Both the position numbers and the translations under genes were made by a program. DNA of 64,000 nt from a bacterium (GTDB lineage: Bacteria; Patescibacteriota; Minisyncoccia; UBA6257; JAGOQP01), in assembly GCA_021814695.1 (NCBI GenBank), contig JAKAHY010000001.1, positions 45,278 to 109,277 of the forward strand, read 5' to 3'. This document shows, in pieces, positions 58,078 through 64,000 of the stretch. The notes under the pieces are model-generated. The model saw only the letters and a program-made list of their open reading frames with translations, ran no database searches and was not told the origin of the DNA. The first letter of the stretch is position 1. Every line of letters begins with the position of its first letter.

Positions 58078-58758
58078 TTAATCTACCCTAAGCGAACGCA
58101 TTTTAACTATCATCCTGATTATCCCAAAAATCGGCTCAATTCTCAATATTTCCATATCCATCTTAATTTCACCCCAAAAACCCCTCAATTTACCCACTTT
58201 CCACGATTTCCACGGGCTCAGTACGTTATCCCAGGGAACAATTTTTATTCTGTAATTATTCTTTATGATTAATTTATTCATAAAAGTTTCCAGGCCATAA
58301 CCGGATATTTTTTCTATTTCACCCAGATGTTCGGCAATTAATTCCTTAGGAAACACCCTTTCTCCCGAAACAAAGTCAATTCCGATTTTTCTGTAAAGCC
58401 CGGGAGCATTTTTCCTCAAACTGATGCTTATATCGGCCTTACCTGATATTACCGGACGGATTAGATCGGTTATATTTTCCGGAGTCAGCCCTATTAAATC
58501 CGCATCCAAGAAAAATAGATACTTACCTTTTGACGCTCTTACCCCGGAAACTATTGCCCGGCTTTTTCCCTGATTTTTTTCATGCCTGACGAGTAATACG
58601 TTTTTATATTTTTTAACCAACTCTGCCGTTCCGTCTTTTGAGGCATCATCAACGACAATAATCTCATTTATAAGCGGATGCCCTTCGACGGTCTTAAGTA
58701 TCTTTTCTATTTGGCCGGATTCATTATATGCCGGAATTATGCATGAAATTTTTTCCAT
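58078..58758 (-). CDS. Glycosyltransferase family 2
   Basis: IPAYNE, VDDASKD, NQGK, DADL, SGER. Confidence 0.92.
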   Translation of the reverse strand: MEKISCIIPAYNESGQIEKILKTVEGHPLINEIIVVDDASKDGTAELVKKYKNVLLVRHEKNQGKSRAIVSGVRASKGKYLFFLDADLIGLTPENITDLIRPVISGKADISISLRKNAPGLYRKIGIDFVSGERVFPKELIAEHLGEIEKISGYGLETFMNKLIIKNNYRIKIVPWDNVLSPWKSWKVGKLRGFWGEIKMDMEILRIEPIFGIIRMIVKMRSLRVD

Positions 58759-58759
58759 A

Positions 58760-59353
58760 TTATTCCATATGTTCCTTTCTCCTTAATTTTTTTACAAACA
58801 GATAAGCCACTACAACCAGCGCAATGGCCATTAAAATACCCATGGATGCAAACTCAAAATATTTGTTTATCAGCTGATAAGCCGAACCGAAATAATATCC
58901 CAAAATCAAAAAAACAAGCACTTTAGGAAAAGAGCCGATGCTGTTAAATACGATAAATTTTTTCAGAGACATTTTGGACATTCCGGCGGCAAGCAAAATC
59001 GCCCCTCCGACCGAATGAGTCCACTTTCCGAAAAGAAGAGTTTTCCCGGCATGCTTTTCAAAATGCCCCTCAAGTTTTTTTGCATGTTCGATTTTTATCC
59101 ATAAGAATTTTCCATGTGAAATAATCCTTTTTGTCCCCCATCTGCCGATGGCATAATAAATAAGATCTCCGATAATATCCCCCAAAAAAGAAATAATGTA
59201 GACAATAACAAGATTAAAATACCCCAGAGACGCCAAAAAACCTCCTATAAGAGTCGCAACCGGCCCCTCAATAATAGTTATCGGAACCAAAATAATATAC
59301 CCGTAAGTAATCAGGAGAGGAGAAATGCTGGCGGTTGATAGTATGCTAAGCAT
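58760..59353 (-). CDS. DedA family membrane protein
   Basis: EGP, GD...Y.IGR, GK.T, LGYYFG. Confidence 0.9.
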   Translation of the reverse strand: MLSILSTASISPLLITYGYIILVPITIIEGPVATLIGGFLASLGYFNLVIVYIISFLGDIIGDLIYYAIGRWGTKRIISHGKFLWIKIEHAKKLEGHFEKHAGKTLLFGKWTHSVGGAILLAAGMSKMSLKKFIVFNSIGSFPKVLVFLILGYYFGSAYQLINKYFEFASMGILMAIALVVVAYLFVKKLRRKEHME

Positions 59354-60026
59354 TGCCGTTTTGATGGTCTAACCCCATCATAAATACATGCCGGTCGTAT
59401 TTGAATATTTTTTCGGAAATTTTAAAAATCGTATAGGTTATGAAGAAAGCCGCAAAAACATCTATCGAGTAATGGACGTGTGCCATAAGCACGATTATCC
59501 CGAAAAATACCGACGACGCCAGACAAAAAACCCTCAAAACTTTATTGTGCCAAAAAACAAGCGCCATCAAAAACGGAAGTCCTGTATGGCTTGAGAAAAA
59601 CAAATCGCTTCCGGTCGTAAAAACTCCGATTAAACTGTTAAGGTCGATTTTGATTCCGGTAGGAAAAGGACCGATATGAGTCAGCGTGATGGATAGCGCC
59701 CGAACCAGAGTAAAGAGAGCAATGCTTTTAAGAGTGAAGGGAATTTTTCTCGGTTCGTGGAAAACAAGATAAATTCCTATTATTACCCAAAATACAACCG
59801 GGCCATATAAAAATATGCCATCCACATCAAAGACCGGTATATTACTTAAAATTATATCGCTTACGGGATTACTCGCTCTGTCGGTGGCATAGATGATCGC
59901 GTAAAAAGTAGCGACTATGCCTATGAGCAAAAAAACAAGGGATAAGATGAAATTATAGATAAAGCGTTTGTTTTTTAAACAAAGTTTGTATTTCTCTCCA
60001 ATAGCGTATGCCATATTTGTTATCAA
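59346..60026 (-). CDS. PAP2/sphingomyelin-synthase-like membrane protein
   Basis: D.IL...P, R.....LT, DLFFSSHT, HYSIDV. Confidence 0.82.
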   Translation of the reverse strand: MITNMAYAIGEKYKLCLKNKRFIYNFILSLVFLLIGIVATFYAIIYATDRASNPVSDIILSNIPVFDVDGIFLYGPVVFWVIIGIYLVFHEPRKIPFTLKSIALFTLVRALSITLTHIGPFPTGIKIDLNSLIGVFTTGSDLFFSSHTGLPFLMALVFWHNKVLRVFCLASSVFFGIIVLMAHVHYSIDVFAAFFITYTIFKISEKIFKYDRHVFMMGLDHQNGNA

Positions 60027-60096
60027 TTATATACTCTCCTGCGCCAATTTATCAAACCAAAAAGGCGCTCGCAATATATGCAGCGCCTCAGGCAGA

Positions 60097-60465
60097 TTAT
60101 TGAACCGAAGAAGTCGGCGGTTGAAAGTTTTTTCCGTAAAGATTAGACGCCGCCGGGCCCCAGCCATTTTCAAGACCGGACTGTCCCCCGTGCCACATCA
60201 TGACATATCCTCCGGGAAGCGAACGTGCGCCGTCGGCACCGTAAAACATCAGACTTTTAAGTTCTCCGAGCTTGAATCCGGCCCAAAAAACAAAAACCAA
60301 TATAAGAAACCCGATTATCAATCGGACAAATCTAAAGCCGTGATGGCAATGATGACACCACATATGCCCATGCATATGTCCATGGCCGTGGCCGCATTCC
60401 GGACAACCCCCAAACTTGCATTCCGAACATTCATCCTTAAATTCCTTGTTTTCTTTGTCTTCCAT
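60097..60465 (-). CDS. Single-TM protein with a His/Cys-rich N-terminus
   Basis: CSEC..GCPEC GHGHGHMHGH..CHHCHH then TM and GFKLGELK. Confidence 0.7.
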   Translation of the reverse strand: MEDKENKEFKDECSECKFGGCPECGHGHGHMHGHMWCHHCHHGFRFVRLIIGFLILVFVFWAGFKLGELKSLMFYGADGARSLPGGYVMMWHGGQSGLENGWGPAASNLYGKNFQPPTSSVQ

Positions 60466-60581
60466 AATATTTATTGTCCACTTTTAACGACCTTTATTAT
60501 CTACAATTATACACGTTTACCGGAAAAATACTGGGGAAAATTAACCATGCGCACAAAACACATATGTGATAGAATTTTTTT

Positions 60582-61118
60582 ATGAAGACCAAAACCGTTG
60601 TTTTTGGAGGAGGATGCTTCTGGTGCACAGAGGCCATATTTCATGAGATAAACGGCATAATTTCGGTAGAACCAGGATATGCCGGGGGCAATCTTGCCGA
60701 CCCGACATATGACCAGGTGTGTTCCGGAACAACCGGACACATAGAAGTGACAAAAATAGAATACGACCCCGACCTGATTAAGTTTAAGGATTTATTAAAA
60801 GTATTTTTCGGAACTCATGATCCGACCACCCTGGACAAACAAGGCAACGACGTGGGGTCACAATACAATTCCGCGATTTTCTACACCACAGACGAACAGA
60901 AAAAAGAATCCGAGAAGGCAATTAAAGACTTAAAGGATTCCGGAATAGAAGTTGTAACCCAGGTACGGCCTCTTGAAAAATTTTACAAGGCCGAGGATTA
61001 TCATAAAAATTATTACCTTAAACATAAGGACCAGCCGTATTGCCTGGCGGTCATTGACCCCAAGCTCAAAAAGTTAAGAAATGAATTCGGTGAATTTTTA
61101 AAAGAGTCGAAAAAATAA
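60582..61118 (+). CDS. msrA: Peptide-methionine (S)-S-oxide reductase
   Basis: GCFWC, GYAGG, HDPT, AEDYH..Y. Confidence 0.96.
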   Translation: MKTKTVVFGGGCFWCTEAIFHEINGIISVEPGYAGGNLADPTYDQVCSGTTGHIEVTKIEYDPDLIKFKDLLKVFFGTHDPTTLDKQGNDVGSQYNSAIFYTTDEQKKESEKAIKDLKDSGIEVVTQVRPLEKFYKAEDYHKNYYLKHKDQPYCLAVIDPKLKKLRNEFGEFLKESKK

Positions 61119-61135
61119 TTAATCCAACAAATAAT

Positions 61136-61516
61136 ATGAACGATGACAAGCTCGATCCGGAACTTTACAGAATTGCGCGTGAAAAAGGTACCGAACCGGC
61201 ATTCAGTGGAAAATATCTCAACGAGCACTCAAAAGGAATGTACCGCTGCGCCGTATGCGGAGCGGAATTGTTCTCCTCGGATACCAAATTCGATTCTGGA
61301 ACAGGCTGGCCGAGTTTTAGCGAGCCGGCCAATACAAAAAATATAATCCTTAAAAAAGACAACAGCGAAGGAATGGAAAGAACGGAAGTCGTCTGTAAAA
61401 ATTGCGGAGCTCATTTGGGGCACGTATTTGATGACGGCCCCAAAGAAAAAGGAGGGAAAAGGTATTGTATTAACTCAACCTGTCTTCAATTAGAAAAAAC
61501 AAATGAAACAACATAA
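61136..61516 (+). CDS. msrB: Peptide-methionine (R)-S-oxide reductase
   Basis: GTE, KFDSGTGWPSF, HLGHVF.DGP, RYCINS. Confidence 0.96.
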   Translation: MNDDKLDPELYRIAREKGTEPAFSGKYLNEHSKGMYRCAVCGAELFSSDTKFDSGTGWPSFSEPANTKNIILKKDNSEGMERTEVVCKNCGAHLGHVFDDGPKEKGGKRYCINSTCLQLEKTNETT

Positions 61517-62063
61517 TTCAATTATTTCGCTTATTGTAGGTACGATTGTTTTAACCGTTATATTCGGGACAATCTATGCGGTAGGCCAGCAAATTTTACG
61601 CCTGAGCGCCAATTATCCCCAAATACAGATAGCTCAGGATTCGGCTTTGCAACTTGAAAACGGAGCAGTTCCGGCTGTAATCGTTTCCGCATCAACGGTA
61701 AATATAGCCGACAGTCTGGCGCCTTTCTCCATCATTTATGACAGCAATTTAAATCCACTGGCCTCCTCCGCTATTCTTAACGGAAAAGTGCCGATGCTTC
61801 CCAAAGGAGTTTTCGAGAATGCAAAGGCTCGTGGAGAAAACAGAATAACCTGGCAACCTCAAGCGGGAGTAAGAATAGCTGCTGTTATAACTTATTACGA
61901 AAAAGGCGGCGTTTCGGGGTATGTAGCCTCCGGACGTTCCTTGCGGGAAGTCGAAAAATTGGAGGATTGGGTATTCGATTTGGCTGCTTGGGGATGGTTT
62001 ATAAGTTTTGCTTTCTTTGCAATAATAATTGTCCTGAAGAAAAAATTGTATCCGACACAATAA
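61503..62063 (+). CDS. Hypothetical 2-TM protein with an extracytoplasmic sensor-like domain
   Basis: TM-domain-TM topology; overlaps the msrB end. Confidence 0.7.
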   Translation: MKQHNSIISLIVGTIVLTVIFGTIYAVGQQILRLSANYPQIQIAQDSALQLENGAVPAVIVSASTVNIADSLAPFSIIYDSNLNPLASSAILNGKVPMLPKGVFENAKARGENRITWQPQAGVRIAAVITYYEKGGVSGYVASGRSLREVEKLEDWVFDLAAWGWFISFAFFAIIIVLKKKLYPTQ

Positions 62064-62070
62064 AAACCAT

Positions 62071-62100
62071 CAAAAAACCGCCCGAGGCGGTTTTTGTTTT
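62071..62100. terminator. Bidirectional terminator
   Basis: AAAAAACCGCC-CGA-GGCGGTTTTTG. Confidence 0.75.
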
Positions 62101-62102
62101 AT

Positions 62103-62594
62103 TTATTTTGGTTGAATCTGAAGTTTAAGGGCATTCCTTCCGTTACAGACAATGTCATAATATCCGGAATCTAACGCGGTAACGATAGCGAAGTTTTTTG
62201 CCGGAATCATAATGTTTTGGGTTTTTATCGTCAGCTCATCTTTTATCTGGCTTGTATTTTCAAGCATAAATTTTGTTCCCTGCCGCATATACAATACTCC
62301 CGGATAACCGACGCAGTCCACAAGTTGGGAATAGAGAGACTGGGAAGAATAATAATTATAAGCCTGATTGCGCGTCAAAGTCGTCCCCGTCTGAGTTGTT
62401 GTTTTCGACGTCGCAGATGGCGTGGTTACATTGCCACTATTCTGAGATGGAGCGGCAGTTTCACTCGATGTTGCCGAAGGCAAAGTCTCCGTTGTTTGAG
62501 AGGGGTAATTCGGCTTGGACAGGAAATAAAGAGCCGTAAAACCACCGACGACCAGAACAATTAATATAATTTTCACGATCATTTTTTTATCCAT
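62103..62594 (-). CDS. Membrane-anchored hypothetical protein
   Basis: N-terminal TM, S/T linker, beta-rich C-terminal domain. Confidence 0.65.
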   Translation of the reverse strand: MDKKMIVKIILIVLVVGGFTALYFLSKPNYPSQTTETLPSATSSETAAPSQNSGNVTTPSATSKTTTQTGTTLTRNQAYNYYSSQSLYSQLVDCVGYPGVLYMRQGTKFMLENTSQIKDELTIKTQNIMIPAKNFAIVTALDSGYYDIVCNGRNALKLQIQPK

Positions 62595-62654
62595 AAACAC
62601 ATTATAGCAAGTTAAAACCGATTAATCATCAGTCGACCTTTTTAGCTGTTGATT

Positions 62655-64000
62655 TCAGATAGTTTTGGATATCGACTTTCTGTAGAAAAATTTCCTTACT
62701 TCTTCAATAACAACTACCGACAGTGACATAACAATTATCTTTATCCAATCATCCAAAGTAAGCGGTACTGTTTTTAATATTTTTTGCATCGTGGGCGTAT
62801 ACAAGGCAAAAATTTGAAGAGATATGATAATTAAAGTTGCATAAACCAGAAACCTGTTGGAAAAAGGATTCGTTTTAAATAATGATTCTTTATCCGAGCG
62901 GCAATTCCAGGCATTAAGCCATTGAAAAACAGCCAACACAGTCAACGATACAGATAGTGCGTGAGCCATATCTGATTTGAAATATTGATTGAATAAAATC
63001 AACGTCCCGATAACCATAGGAATAGCCATCAATAACATCCTTTTAAACATCAGCGAGTCAACTATATATATTGGAGGACGCTTGAATTTTTCCGTAAGCA
63101 GCCCCTTTTCTTTTGGTTCCATAGCCAAAGCTACATCCAAAAATCCGTCGGTCACAAAATTAAGCCAGATAATTTGGGCCGGAAGAATCGGTAATGGGAA
63201 TCCGGCCAATAATGCCGTGGTTATAGTGAGGGCCTCTCCCAAGCTGGTGGAAAAAAGATACAAAATAACTTTTTTGATGGTTTTATAAATACTTCTCCCC
63301 TCTTCCACAGCGGCAATGATACTGCCGAAATTATCATCCAACAAAACAATGTCGGCCGCTTCTTTGGCAACTTCGGTTCCTATTTTTCCCATAGCCACTC
63401 CCAAATCCGCCGCGACAAGAGAAGGAGCGTCATTTACTCCATCACCCGTCATAGCAATAACGTCTCCTTTTTTCTTGAATGCCTCGATAATTCTAAGTTT
63501 GTGCTCCGGAGTTACACGAGCAAATACCGTTGTTCTGTCCAGTTTTTCAGACAACTCGTCATCGGACAACTGATCCATTTCGTTTCCGGTAAGAATAGTA
63601 TCTCCGTTATGGTATATTCCAGCCTGTTTGGCTATCGCTTCAGCCGTGAGAACGTGGTCTCCGGTAATCATAAGCGTTCTTATTCCGGCAAATTCCGCAG
63701 CCTTAACGGCTGCCAAAGCCTCGGGCCTTAATGCGTCCTGAACGCCGTAAAATCCAAGAAAGGTAAGCTCATTTATATTTTCCGGAACAAGTTTTTTTGG
63801 AGGAGAGTAGCTGATAGCCGTTGCAACCACACGCAATCCTTTTCGGGACATTGCCCAAAAAGCCGAGTCAAGAACCAATCGGCCTTGAGGAGTTAGAGCG
63901 ACATTTTTACCGTTGAGCCACACATTTTTTGAAAGGCTCATAATAATTTCGGGAGCGCCGGTAACAACAATAATATTTTTATTCCCCTCTTTGCGGACAA
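62655..64000 (-). CDS. Cation-transporting P-type ATPase (type II; 5'-truncated by the window edge)
   Basis: MITGDH, FARVTPEHK, MTGDGVNDAP, QIIWLN.VTD. Confidence 0.95.
   Translation of the reverse strand, partial: VRKEGNKNIIVVTGAPEIIMSLSKNVWLNGKNVALTPQGRLVLDSAFWAMSRKGLRVVATAISYSPPKKLVPENINELTFLGFYGVQDALRPEALAAVKAAEFAGIRTLMITGDHVLTAEAIAKQAGIYHNGDTILTGNEMDQLSDDELSEKLDRTTVFARVTPEHKLRIIEAFKKKGDVIAMTGDGVNDAPSLVAADLGVAMGKIGTEVAKEAADIVLLDDNFGSIIAAVEEGRSIYKTIKKVILYLFSTSLGEALTITTALLAGFPLPILPAQIIWLNFVTDGFLDVALAMEPKEKGLLTEKFKRPPIYIVDSLMFKRMLLMAIPMVIGTLILFNQYFKSDMAHALSVSLTVLAVFQWLNAWNCRSDKESLFKTNPFSNRFLVYATLIIISLQIFALYTPTMQKILKTVPLTLDDWIKIIVMSLSVVVIEEVRKFFYRKSISKTI

Noticed and set aside
60340-60365. 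CHHCH as a c-type heme motif
   Set aside because: It precedes the only TM in a probably cytoplasmic His-rich tract, and no cytochrome fold is evident
1-64000. CRISPR array or cas operon (prompted by the Cas4-like nuclease)
   Set aside because: No regularly spaced direct repeats and no cas1/cas2 were seen
1-64000. UGA recoding (code 25) as in Gracilibacteria/Absconditabacteria
   Set aside because: Conserved genes are full length under code 11 and several end at TGA

Overview
This window looks like chromosomal DNA from an AT-rich, reduced-genome bacterium, most likely Patescibacteria/CPR (Parcubacteria-like). That assignment is an inference from the short DnaX, ObgE without a C-terminal OCT domain, near-leaderless housekeeping genes and many small orphan genes. 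It uses the standard genetic code. Housekeeping genes are prfB (partial), ftsE, ftsX, obgE, mltG, fmt, def, rplI, rpmA, gltX, murG, ftsW, mraY, scpA, scpB, dnaX, rsgA, msrA, msrB and three tRNAs (Gln-CTG, Cys-GCA, Gln-TTG). They are interleaved with accessory genes. The most interesting items are: (1) a tRNA-Gln-adjacent AT-rich island with a LexA/cI-like repressor and palindromic operator, a KAP NTPase, a 4-TM protein, a mini GIY-YIG and a Cys/His protein, which is a candidate anti-phage system; (2) an orphan HybA-like Fe-S protein plus a NrfD/HybB-triheme cytochrome c fusion; (3) a PanD-like decarboxylase with a remodelled substrate pocket beside CofE-like and CysK-like genes; (4) a 924-aa tandem metallophosphoesterase; (5) a degenerate D-aminoacylase in the murD slot; (6) a recurrent AAAGGTCG motif 22-31 nt upstream of start codons; (7) several structured non-coding elements. 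No CRISPR array, rRNA, integrase or transposase was seen. All calls come from reading the sequence by eye, and no database searches were run.
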